64,000 bases of DNA, taken from NCBI GenBank assembly GCA_002633005.1, contig NMRA01000146.1:209640-273639 (forward strand), given 5' to 3'. The notes under the pieces were generated by a model. That model had not been told where the DNA came from, searched no databases, and saw nothing but the letters and a program-made list of their open reading frames with translations. Position numbers and translations under genes: made by a program. This DNA comes from Phoronis australis (Eukaryota; Animalia; Phoronida). Of the stretch, positions 25,101 through 37,300 are shown piece after piece (the stretch's first letter is position 1; the number at the start of each line of letters is the position of its first letter).

Positions 25101-28100
25101 CAGGTAACATCGAGGGATGAGAGTGATGAGCTGACCATGGAACCGCTAATGCTAATTAGTAGTTAATGAAAGCATATGGGAGTCATGTGCTCAGCTTCAG
25201 GCGATATCATGCGTAGATTTGCGTGATCTGACAAAATAATACTGTCTGCACTGCCGGGTCAGGGGAAGGTGGGGCGCACCTTGTTTTTGGCTGCGGTATA
25301 CTTCCTATTATGGGGTATTATCGTTTTTATCTGCAACGACGCAACCCTGTTGCAATGAAATGTCTACGAAAAAGTCATATCAATGTATCCTGTCGAACAA
25401 CACGCCTGTATGCTTTGTCAGTAATTTGCTGGCATATAACGTACCTGGAACTTCGAAGTTTCGTTTTGAAATTGACACTAAGTTTAAGAATGGTAGGCAC
25501 ATCACGTCAAATAATAGGCCCCTTTTAGAAATCAAGCGACACGGGAGTAACAGAACAATCACCGTGCTATCAGTACAGACGCATATAGTGTACAACACGT
25601 GATAACTCGATTTTCGTTCACAACCAGTTATCGTCATACAAAACAAAATACGAAAATCTGGTTTAATTTCAAAATACATGCTGTTTAATCAAACCGTGAC
25701 GTGTATCAAATCTCGCATTTCCCTCCTCATCTTCATCAACTTCACCCAATTTGAGCGAGAGCCCTGCGACAATCCCCTATCTGTTAAAACACTGACAATG
25801 AGATGAATGAAATAAATGACGGTTTTAGAACAAAATCACCAACGTCCATTATGAGTCAGAATTTGAATGTTAGTTCCACTTTTAAAGGATAGTAAACCCT
25901 GTTTTGGTGATTCCTAACCAATTCTCGCTCAGTCACTTGCTAAGGCACCATTGTGGTCTCACTTGAGTGGTAAAAGCAGGATTCAACTAAAAACACATAC
26001 CAATGAGATAAATATACATGTACATAGCTCATTGACACCTACATGAACTGTCTTGTGTCAAAGATTGCATACTGCGGTTTTTGGTGGGCGGTGTTTTCCT
26101 GCAGTTGTCGTGTATCTCGCCTGAAGCGTAAGTCACACTTGTCTTAAGCATACTTTGTAAGGAGTTTTCAATCTTTTCTCCAAACGTTTGAGGGATGTCC
26201 AGGGTTACTGAGCGATGTTTTGTTTCAAAGAATTGGATGAAAAAGTCGTTTTTATTATTTGTTTAGGTCAAGGTGGGCTTTGGTATCCTTTTCATAGTTG
26301 GATAAGGAATTAACTGTTGAAACCGCGAGTCAGACATTGAACGCGATTTAGATGCGTTTGCACACAGCACGGTTATATAATCAAGGCTGGAATGGACAAA
26401 GGGTCACTTCTAGTTCAGACAAATACTAAATTTTCGTTCTGTCATGCAACCCACTCTTCGTAAATGTCCGAATAGTTACGGACAGGCGTTCGGGTACTCA
26501 CTCAATACGATCAAAATACTCTTTGAACATTGGCGACTCGTGGTTCATCACTTCACGGTGCTGGACTGGCTTATCATCCAGGAAGTGGTCCAATTCGACC
26601 GTCTTGTACGCAGCTGTGCCATACTCGTCCTACACAATGAGTCAAAGCACGTGACATGCGGCAGTGACGTTAAGAGGGGTAGGCCTACTAATAACTTCTA
26701 CCTGTACATCACTGAAATCTACGACATGAACCCAATACACAAAAGGATTAGTAAAAGCTGAGCAAACATAAACGTCAACGGCACCAACTGGGTCTGCATC
26801 TGAAATCTAGAAGGCGCATTACCACCGTTAGCTACGAGTGACAAGATGCTGAGCTCCACGGTTCTCCAAAAGAGTTTTCGAGTGACTTGTTCCTGGCGCT
26901 ACAAGTTCAAAGTTAGTAAAAAGCTAAAACGAAGGATAACAAATAGGTGACCGTCAACCAATGGTTCAAGCTGCAGAGTCGCGACTACAATCAACCAATA
27001 AAGCATGCATCCGTATGTATTTTCGACGCTAACGGCGCTGGAAATAAAACGCAGCGTAATATTTATGAGACCAGAAACCAATTCCAGAACGAGAGATGAC
27101 ATTCATGTTACTTTTATTTTTTAGGACTTGAACGATTTTAATGATCGACTTTAAATTTACCAGGAGGCGCTAGACACATACATGTAGGATATTAAGTACA
27201 CTATCATACATTTTCGCTAAATGTACATTACATTTATTGGATTGGTTTTAGGTACGTTGACTCGTTTATTGTTATCATTTCATTTTACCGAAGGAAGTTT
27301 TAGAATTCTGCACGGGTTCAGTATTTCCGTGAATAACGTACAGTGACGCTGAAAGATATTTAAGGAGTACTAAGAGACATTCAACAGCAAAGTTGACTTT
27401 AGTTTAACAAACGCATCCCAAACGCATACAGCGTCTCTGTATAAACATACGTTATCATTTAATCCAATTAAAGTTGAAAAGCTATTATGAAACAAAAACA
27501 TTAACTGTAAAAAAAATCGATTTCAGGAAGTTAATTTAAAGCCAAAATGGTCCTGTTTCACGCAATCAAGGAACTTTTCAAATGAATATGTCCCATAGAG
27601 TTGCACATGTATTGCATATTAACATCTTGTATGAATGGGATGTGGGCGGGAATTGAACTTTTTGTGTGATAAAGTCTTTATTGTATTGCTTAACAAAAAA
27701 TAAAACAAGGTGGCGTAATGCGGCAACGTCCCATAAATGCAGGCATTCAGGTAGTCACGTGAACTGCTTTTGCTTTGCTTTCAGTGTATTCAGGTGTTTG
27801 AAGGAGGATCCTTTATTTCTTAGCACCACCTGGTGAACTAGAAGTCTCTCAATTTAAAGCCATCACCTTAGTCAAATGTATTTTGGAATACGTTGGGAAA
27901 TTGCACACAGAAGCATCTCATGTTCTCAAGCCTCTCCACACTATCCTGCGCCACAACGCAGGACACTGCTGCCCACTAGTGGCAGCAACGAGTACCTAAT
28001 TTCATCAAAGTAATCCAAGAATACTTTGGACTCCCGACCTGCCACCTCACGGTGTTGTACTGCTGCGTCGTTGAGAAAGTGGTCCAACTCGACCGTTTTG

Positions 28101-31100
28101 TAAGCCGCAGTGCCATATTCGTCCTGAAAAGAACGAGAAACACAAACGAAAAAACGTACGTGTCTACGCACATGAAGTTGCCTCGGTAGGAGAGGTCAGG
28201 TTTGGTACATGATAAGGGGTAGATGTGCCAAACAACACGTGCGCCAGGTGTTCGCCTCTGGTCCTCACCAACAACATAAATTAAAGAGAAGACTGCACAC
28301 AAAATCCCACTCAACAATTATGTTTTAATAGCGACTAAATAAATGTTTACATGACTTGATTTGGAGACAAATCCGCATAGCTGTTGAACGCGAGTTCCGC
28401 TGGGTGTGGGATTCAAACACCTTACCTGAGTACTGAACTCGCCGATCCAGAAGTGAACATCGTACGCCAGCTCCTCGGATTCTGGGTTGGGTTTATACGT
28501 CTGGAAGCAACAAATCACAGACACATTTTCAACACTACGCGAATTCAAAGCGACAGTAGTTTCCAATATAGACTCAATTGTTGGGTAAAAGCTGATGTAT
28601 CCATACAATCAGTGCTGGATGTCACCCCAAGACTTTCCAGCAGAAGAAACAACACACGGGAGAGGTCGCCTCGCTCACGGCGAAATTCTTCTTCAGTAGC
28701 GTTAGCATGATTGAGGTGAACTTAACGCTATACACTGTCTTCAGGAATCCCTAGTTTTCCATATTTACTAAGTTCGCAAAAAGTCGCACAACTGATACCA
28801 AATTTTTCTTGTCATGTCAAGATGAAACAAAAACGATTTTGGACAAACTCGTGTAATTACCATTGAGGGCGTGAATGCGCACTTCTTGCGAACAAGGTTG
28901 TAGCGGCTAGCACTGAGAGCAGGTCTTATTCTAGCACAAGTGTCTGACTGCTGACGACAGTCAGTTTCGAGAGGATGGAAAAGGTTAGTATTGGGTAGTG
29001 TTCAAGTACCCTTTTTACGCGACAAACGATAGACTCCTAATAGTGAAGAAATGATGCACAATCATGAACCTCATGACAACACAGCAAAATCACGTCTACT
29101 TTCAATCTCAAACCTACATAGTGTATGTAACTCACGTTCAGGATTATGTAGGAGTCTCCAGAGTAAAATCGGCCATAGTCTTCTTCCGGCCAGTCGACAA
29201 TTTTGAATTTCTAAAACAGAATTGTGACCATTTTACTGTCACAAACATCAGAATACCTGTTCTGGCGCAGTGTCAGCGAACAATCGAGAGAAACACAGGT
29301 GATTCTACGTACAGCCTAATTCTTTTATTCGTGTGCCGTCAGTACATAGACAAACCCGTAAACTGAAATAAACAAAACCCTGAGTCACTACTACGAAATA
29401 TAATACAAGCACAGGCAGTGACAATATATACAAAACCGTTATTTACATCAACGAAGAAAATGTACAAGTAACGAAATGGCTACATCAGATAAACTGAATC
29501 TTATATGAAAATACTATATACAAAAACGAACCTAATTCATACACAATTCTGCCGTGATACCGCGACGCAAACTAGACACCAAGTCACGCTAAACCATTAC
29601 AATAATATGAGCTAGAAACAGACTGGTTTGTGAATTGCAATCTCAAGGTCGCAGCGAACAACGCCCAAACCCTCGACACGAACCACGATGGACGAAATAC
29701 GGCAAAGTAAATAAAGCGAAAATACTGAAACTACACGGGACACGAGAAAATGCATTGCACAAACCAGAATATAACGATAAGCAAAAGAACACTACTTACA
29801 TCATGAAAACCCTGCAATCTCGACGATGAAACCAATGAGATGCATACACTGCACACAGATACGAAATACGAAATACGAATGAATGGAACTGGCGGGTAAA
29901 ACGCTTTTAAATGTCAGTACCACGTGACAAGTTCACAATCTGGGGGGTACTTGAAAATGAGTACAACAGGAACAATACCTAATATACACAGGCAATATGA
30001 ATGATTGCGTCTGCAGTAACAATACCCAATGCCATGTACAAACCGACATAAGGTGAACAATAACGACAAGGCAAGCTACACGGACAGTCTCAAATCAGAA
30101 TGGCTTTTATTTAGAAAACTGCAACTGCATTTTGCTGAAGTTACTTGCAACTGCCGAAAATGTTTTTCGAGACTTGACGCAAGTCCAGTTCTTGGGTACA
30201 AGCAATGTGGCTGTCAGAGTGACCAGAAATCAAGATATGTTTTTACTCGAGGTCAAGCTTGGTATTATTTCTGGCATTTTCTATTGTACTTTTGTGCGAA
30301 AACACAGAGCTACAATCTCGAATAAAAACTCAAAATGATGAGTAAAAATTCGAAATTTCGAGTTCAGACTCGAACTTATAGCATTAACGCTGGGGTCATC
30401 AAGTACATGCCATGATTAGAAAGTCATTCGCGTAACTCATAATGTAACGACTCGTGCCCAAACTAAGGCTCTTATCACGAGTTCGCACAAAGGGTTGAGC
30501 GGACATTGTCAAGACTATTTTTGAGTTCAATTTCGAGCACCAAGATTAGATCATGGATCCAGGTGTTGGATTAAAGATGCATGATCTCATTAAATTGTGA
30601 ATATGCGATTGAAGTACTCATTTACAAACAACCCCGGGTCCGTCAGTGTGCCGGAAACCATCCAAGAACCAGTTATCATTACAATCTCGCAAATGTCTCG
30701 TTTTGCGAGACTATTTTTACGTAAACTGGTATGATACTTCATCATGGCGGACGAAGATCCGATGATGGCCAAGAGAACAAATTAGACGTGCAATTTCATT
30801 TTGCCGTCACCTTGGACAATAATCAACATTAAGCTACTTTGGGTCTCTGGCAGTGCAAATTCTAGGTATTTGCACACACTTCTCGTCCACATTCCCGAGG
30901 ACGACACCAGAATCCCTGAGAAACCCCCTGAGCATTGCCCTTACCCTTAAAAAGCAGAGTTTTAATTATTTGTTTATTTCATTATCGAATGACGATTGTG
31001 CAATATTTAGAATTGCTAGGATTTTTGATATGTTCACATTCGTTTTCAAGTTTATTAAGTGTGCAGTTTTCTTTAAAACCCTAAGTCGTCTACACATTGT

Positions 31101-32936
31101 TTCTTTTCTTGAGTGTACTTGTACACAATTCTCCGGGAAGTCACTAGGTGACGCTTGTTTCAAATTTAAATATTCATGGCTTTACTTAGACACATAGTCT
31201 TTCAAACCGAAACCAACTTGAGATAGGCATACAAAAGTTGACTCTAGCGCCGAGGGATTACCGTTACAGTATACATGTATGGGTAAAACGCAGGTACATT
31301 AATTAATTGTGTACGAAAAGAAATGCACCAAACAAAACCAGCCTCCCAGTAAGGCTAGGACCTCGCTAAAAAGCAAGACTTCGCGAGATTACGTGAGATA
31401 TTGCCGTGCATTTTAAATGAGAACACGTGACTTTGACTAGGTTTTAGCTAAGTCCTAGCGTAGGTCCTAGCGTCTACTGAACGCACGCCAGGTCACTACA
31501 GTGAGTGTAACAGAACTTACCACAACGCGCCATATCCTTAAGCCGGGTTTTTGGCCAGAGCCCTGCCAAGCCTCCTCGGTCTCCGCGGATTCCTCTGCAC
31601 GGAAACATGAATTCGAATAAACAATGAATACAACAAGACCAAAGCCAAAGGTTGACATTTGCCCTCATTGTGCATGGTGTACGCAGATACCAAAGGTGTT
31701 CTTTGTTCAAGGATTTACAAGCATTTTGACATCACAAGTGACATAAAAATTGAATCTACAGGCCGCTGTGGATAGCCATCTGAAAACTGACACAAGCAAC
31801 CCGGGTAGATACTGACGCAGGACGCACGCCGGCCAGAGGTGACCCCAAAATGATTTTGTTCTCATCTCATGTAGTAAACCATGCGCGCACCCAGGGGGGA
31901 GGGCTCGGGGGGGGCTCAAATGAGCCCCCCATTTGGTGAAGTGGGCAAGAAGGTCCGCCTCAGAGAAACAAAAAGTCCGAGGAAATGAGATAAAAGTCCA
32001 CTAAAAAGGCACAGACGCACAGTTTACAGTGCTGAAGGTGGTATCCCGTTTTTTTTAGTCCTCCAGCTTTTTTGTTAGCGCAAAAGGCCCACTTGGTCAG
32101 AAATTCGAGCGCCAACAAACTAAAGGCTGGGTGCGCGCATCTAAACTGAGCATGCGTAGCAAGTGCTAAGTTTTATAGGCATCACTGGCCCGGGGTAGTC
32201 TACAATGTGTTTTACAATTGTGAGTCACAGCTCATTAGGTAATAAATCATATTATATTATTTTACAATAGTCTGCAATGAGAACAGCTTCCCAAAATAAC
32301 CCTTGAAGCCAGGAAGACAAAATGACAGTGAACTAAAATATACATGTAGGTGCAAACTAAAGTAAATAACGACACGACAGTTTCCGATCAAAGTTTTCGA
32401 AGCCAGGTGACTGGCTGAAAGCGACACCTCGTGGTACTTCATCCACGGTACTCACTCTTGATGTTCTTTTCCAAGTCAGACCCAAACAGTGCTAAGTTGC
32501 TGTCTTTCCAGTCGTATTTCTTAGCCTTTCTTAATCCTGGAATAAAAGTAAGTGATTCAGAATACCGTAACTAAAACACACAGATAACCTGATTGGGACA
32601 CGCTGTCACGCTCAAAGCCAACAGCATAGTAAAATGATCCCGAACTAAGTAATACGGGGAAGGATAAAATTTTAATTTTCTAGTATTATATGTTTTAAGG
32701 GCGACTACTGCAATTAAAGTAAAATAAATTGATCGAAAAATAAGTTTGAGAGCATACGTGCGAAGCGGTTGACTATTAAACCGCATGTAAGTATGTCTGT
32801 ATCTAATAGCAATTCCCTGGTTTGTACAGTTCGGAGATGCTGGCAATTGAGCTAGTAGAAATTACTATGCTATTTACGGCCAAACTTGCGACGACGACAA
32901 TACTCGACACAGGAATGCACGACACTTACCCGACAT
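19145..32936 (-). CDS. Gelsolin-like protein (three-domain severin/fragmin/actin-modulator type, ~367 aa); coding exons 32930..32936, 32456..32536, 31521..31594, 29136..29210, 28426..28500, [27996..28123 OR 26502..26629], 24324..24432, 23777..23887, 23126..23212, 22502..22599, 20855..20927, 19992..20087, 19145..19234
   Basis: Spliced product reads [29 protein letters not shown]...[33 protein letters not shown]...[27 protein letters not shown]...[10 protein letters not shown]...[18 protein letters not shown]...LSDASGNL...[24 protein letters not shown]...VVSEGQ...NAF*. All junctions are GT-AG and in phase; total 1104 nt with one copy of exon 6. Confidence 0.93.
19352..19446. repeat. 15-bp minisatellite (tattacattattgta, ~6 copies) in the last gelsolin intron
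   Basis: Seen directly. Confidence 0.9.
21036..21193 (+). mobile_element. ~155-bp MITE family A copy
   Basis: Termini cgttcagtaacg.taggac ... gtcctagcgttactgaacg; homologous to 31340..31494, 39840..39993, 45788..45933. Confidence 0.8.
22118..22220. mobile_element. ~100-bp MITE family B copy
   Basis: cgtagacgcaaga ... tctcgcgtctacg inverted termini; homologous to 52633..52732, with half copies at ~2787 and ~34371. Confidence 0.6.
26502..26629 (-). CDS. Gelsolin-like alternative exon 6B (128 nt)
   Basis: gtgtag|GAC...ATTGA|gtgagt; [42 protein letters not shown](E); phase 0 to 2. Not in the ORF track. Confidence 0.9.
27996..28123 (-). CDS. Gelsolin-like alternative exon 6A (128 nt)
   Basis: tttcag|GAC...ATTAG|gtactc; [42 protein letters not shown](R); phase 0 to 2. 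Confidence 0.9.
31340..31494 (-). mobile_element. ~155-bp MITE family A copy
   Basis: Reverse-orientation copy (gctaggacctcgctaaaaagcaagacttcgcgagattacgtgag...gtcctagcgtctactgaacgcacgcc). Confidence 0.8.
31880..32141 (+). mobile_element. MITE family C (TIR catgcgcgcacccag)
   Basis: taaac|catgcgcgcacccag ... ctgggtgcgcgcatc|taaac; inverted homologue at 34086..34371. Confidence 0.75.
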
Positions 32937-34085
32937 TATGGCTTGGCTCTTGGTCTACGGCTTATCAACAACGGACAACTGAAACGCAGAAAAAACACGA
33001 TGATATAGGCGATGTGGGTTTACTGAGACGAGCACATACGCAACAGACATCTCAATTCACATGTGGCAGGCTACTCAAACTAATTTGTATTTTCATCAGC
33101 AGAAATAGGTCAGTGCTCCCATTCGAAATCGCAGCGTGTTGGAACGTGCTGTGTTGAATACCAAGTTCGTTCTAAAACGAAATGCTTGCGGAAGGACGTT
33201 CAATATTATCAAGATATGAGCACATACTAGCTAGTTAATTCGCAACAGGACGCCGGCGCCTAAAATACCAACTAAGCATAAACTGGATGATTTCACTGTC
33301 AAAACAAACCTGCAGCATTCAAGCGCCAGGAATACAAATTCATAACCAAGCGTCATTTCTGATATTTCTTCGCTCTTTAGGTGACACTAATCAGGTTTTC
33401 CTCGTTCCTGCCTTCCCAGGCAGAGTAAACTATGGGAAATTTGTTTTTATGTTCTACAACAAAACCACACGCGGGGACTGACCATGCATAAAGCATACCT
33501 ACAGTCTAAAACTGCATCCACGAGTGCGTTTCTATTGTTTTAATGGACATGGCAAACCAAGACTGTCATGCCAAAAAAGAGCAAAACAGACAAAATCAGT
33601 TTTCAACCAAAAACCACGACTCGCATGCGACTACAATAGGCACCAGTAAACAATGCACTCGGAAGGCAAAAACACCCCAGATTACAAAACTTGGGCAGAC
33701 CATTGGTGTTAAGTAGACATTTTTCACTCCAATAGTCTGAAGGGTACCTAAACTTCTAGCTATAACTTTCTTGCCGCTAGGACGTAGTACTCAAGAGTGT
33801 CTGTCTACAAACACCTCGGTTACCAGATAAGTAGACCAAGGGGGTACCAAATTGCCCTTTTTCAAAAACTAATCATATCTCATTCGTAGCTAGTACACTT
33901 AAAGTAAATCTCGAAATGACCAGCCAATACAGCAGGTGCCAATTTTTTATGAAGTTGAGGGGGTAAGACCGTGGCTCAAAGAAGTATTTGGGTTTCAACG
34001 AAGACAATTCTGCAATGATTCCTCTTATTGGGTTGCTTTGAAATTGTTTATACTCGTAGAGCAAACGTCATCAGTACTCGTAAAC

Positions 34086-34371
34086 CATGCGCGCACCCAG
34101 CCTTCAATATGGGGGGGGGGCTCGAATAGCTGGCGGTGTGGAAAAATAGTCGGTTAACTAAAAAAAATTATCGAATTCCTGGCGGTGTGGAAAAGTAGTC
34201 GGTTAACTAAAAAACAGTACCACGATCGGAGCCGCACGTCCTGTGAAATGTGCGTTTGCATATTTTTAGTGGACTTTTATCTCGTTTTCTCGGGCTTTTT
34301 GTTTTTCTGAGGCGGACCTTTTTGCCCACTTCGCCAAATGTTCGAGCCCCCCACCCCTGGGTGCGCGCATG
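34086..34371 (-). mobile_element. MITE family C, inverted copy
   Basis: taaac|catgcgcgcacccag ... ctgggtgcgcgcatg|tagac; shares the aagtgggcaa.aaggtccgcctcaga core with 31880..32141. Confidence 0.75.
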
Positions 34372-37300
34372 TAGACGCAAGAACCTCGCGAGTAAAGCTG
34401 GTGTGATTATGCGTTTCGCTTGTAATGAAAGGTGATAATTCACAAAGATTTACATGGTCTTCCTTTTTCGTCAGTGTGTTGTGTTTACGGATTTGACATT
34501 TGAACGACGTTAAAAATACCAAAGCCTGTGACGTCGCGTACTGATTTCACAAGATATCGCCTATTCGACCGAGAATTCCAGCTAACTTGATAAGTCATCG
34601 CACAGTGGTCGGACCCTCTCTACTGGGACACTCAAGTAAGGGACACACAAGCATTGCGCGCAGATCGTTGTGCAGTAACTTGCATAAAATCAACAGGAAT
34701 CGTATAGCGGTGCGATTTTTTATAACCTACATTTCAGCAAGGATCGATATTCGATATCAGACTGACAAGTAAACAGGTGTATTATAAATTACGACATGTG
34801 AGTCAGACGGATGTTTGTTCGGGCGGAGCATGTGTGCATTTTACTTAATGAAAACCGATAACGTGTTATAGTTGCCATAAACTAGGCAACTTTACACTGG
34901 GAGGACTCGTTAGTTTTCTGGATCGTCACAGAGTTGTGACTCACAGTGGTGTTCGCTGCTTTTCTCTTCTTTGGCTGCTACGGACACCAAACTGTTTTTA
35001 CAACCTATTAAACATGTATGCGCGTCAGTTGCCGCTCGACCATCATGTACAAATTTGTACATGTTTAATAATGAAACAGTCGCCTCGACAGACTGTGCCA
35101 CAATGGCATTCAGTTGATGGGATAATGTTTAGATTCAAATTAAACCTGCCTGTTTGGGGCTCGGAATTGGGCAGTGCCTGCAATTGCGTCAATCAATCTG
35201 AGTCACGAAAATGTCAACCTCGTCCCCAAGCATCAAGATGACGCTGATCAGTTTACTCAAATGGTTAAACCGATCAGCGCCATTCTGAGGCTTGGGAACG
35301 AGGTTGGGAAAAAGCCAATTTTATCCGAAAAATTATGTTCGTGAGAGCATTTTTTTAACGAAATTATACCAAACCATCCGAATTACATGTCGAATAGGGT
35401 CGAGTTCAATAACCGCGACGAGAAAATATAGCCCAAATCACGTCCTCTCATTCAAAATACACGGTATTATCTGGTAGAATCGCACGAGATGTTGGTTTTC
35501 TAGCGAGCCTCTAGTATTATTTAACTCGACCCAGGTCTACATTTCGTACATGTAGATCTAAGACAAACCCTTAGTACCTGAGGCTAGAAATCTTTCCTTA
35601 GCTTCTGGACACCGGCCGGAAACAGTGGATTTCATCCCAACTCAACATCCCGAAATTACCGACACTTTCAGAGACCGACATTATGTTATGGTGAAGAAGT
35701 AAGTTCCCGAATGTAATCGCAAAACACTCGAGTGATTTTGCCAGCATATCCAACAAAAGATGGGGCCTTACTTAGGACCAGAGAGGGTCAAAGGTCAAGA
35801 CACACACGGCGACTTTTATCTACGTGGACAGGAATCAATTTGAAATAAGACTATCGTAAGTTGACAATGAAATTATATGTTACCAAGGGTAATAAACATT
35901 TTCAGATCAAAACGACAGTTTTGCTGACGTACGGTTAGAGGGTCTCCTCCTTTCTGCCAACTGAAGGCGGTTGCACAAACCCGCCTACCTATAAAAAATT
36001 GATTTTCATTCAGACAACTTAACCGTAGTGAAATCGTTCTCAAACTGTTGCTTATTCAAATTATAAGTGATTTCTTCTTGGACATTTTTGTCATTTTGGG
36101 ATTGTTTCAGACCTGGCGCTGACGGGGCCCGTTTCAACAAACTAACATTCAGTTAGTTGATTGGTGTCTCAATTTCCAAATTTTGAAACTTACAGATCTG
36201 GTGGTTAAAATTAAGACACAATGCACGTCGAAAACTTAAGTCAGACTTAGAATCTCTTTTTTGAAACGGATTTGAGACAAACTTAAATTGTAACTTAACA
36301 TTGGCTGAAATTTTGCCAAGTCAGTTTTCTTGGAATGGGTACCATTTCTCTAGTGGCTGGTCCGGCGTGTCAGTTTATGTGAACAGCATTGTGCCAAGCA
36401 CTAAGTACTGTTTTTTTTCAAGACCGGAAACCAATTCGCAACTTGGTTTGAAACAAGTTAACAATAAATTTAATAGCGGTAAATGGTCCAATTTTAGTGT
36501 GACCGAACGCGGTCTCAGAGCAGCCGCTTAACGCCACAAGAAGTACAGTCTGTCCAATACTTTACAAAGGTGACTAACACCAAAGATTTGACAAATGTTG
36601 GTCAACCAGACAACAAGATTAGGACTAGGAATGACACCGTGGATGGTACACTAGGTTAGACTTCACACTTCACCCAAACAAGAACAGTGACAATGACACG
36701 ACATTCATGCTATAGACATGTGAATTCTGTGCTGTTTAAACTATACCTGAAGGCATAAAGCTATACATCAACACTTGACAATAAGGCACACTGGGAATTT
36801 GTGAGTTCTCAAATTGGCCAAGGGAATTGGGGCAAAATAAGCACTTCACAAAAGATCTTTAGTCCAGCACGCGAAAACTTGCATCAGATGAATACCGCTT
36901 TGCAGTAAGGACTACCGCAGACGAATTGCTACGAGCTGAGCTGCGTGGCTCGAGTAAAATTAACCTCAGGTGATTGTTACCCGCACACAGTGAGGCACGA
37001 TGATCAATGGCCTACAAACTACACAGCGGTGCAACTAATGTACACGCGGTTATTATGAGCCAGCGAGAATGATTTGTTAACGCCAGGTGATGCAATAAGT
37101 AATTGTAACCTCGCCCGCATGCGCATGTTGTAAAGATTCACGGTGGCCACATGAACGAAATCAAATAAGCGCAATTTTCATCTAACCGCCTTACGAGGGA
37201 ATTTCTACACGATTCAAACTACCACAAGAGAACTAATTGATATTCGAAGAGAGTATCTCTCCGTCTGCGATGACTTTTACACGTTAACAACATGACGCCA

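Noticed and set aside
26502-28123. Exon 6A/6B as an assembly or haplotype duplication
   Set aside because: No gap, no flanking intron similarity, and heavy synonymous divergence with an identical 17-aa core, unlike the two gap-associated duplications.
36120-36780. Possible Harbinger transposase remnant (VDGT motif, ggggccccgtttc terminus)
   Set aside because: Too degenerate to support, and no matching second terminus confidently placed.
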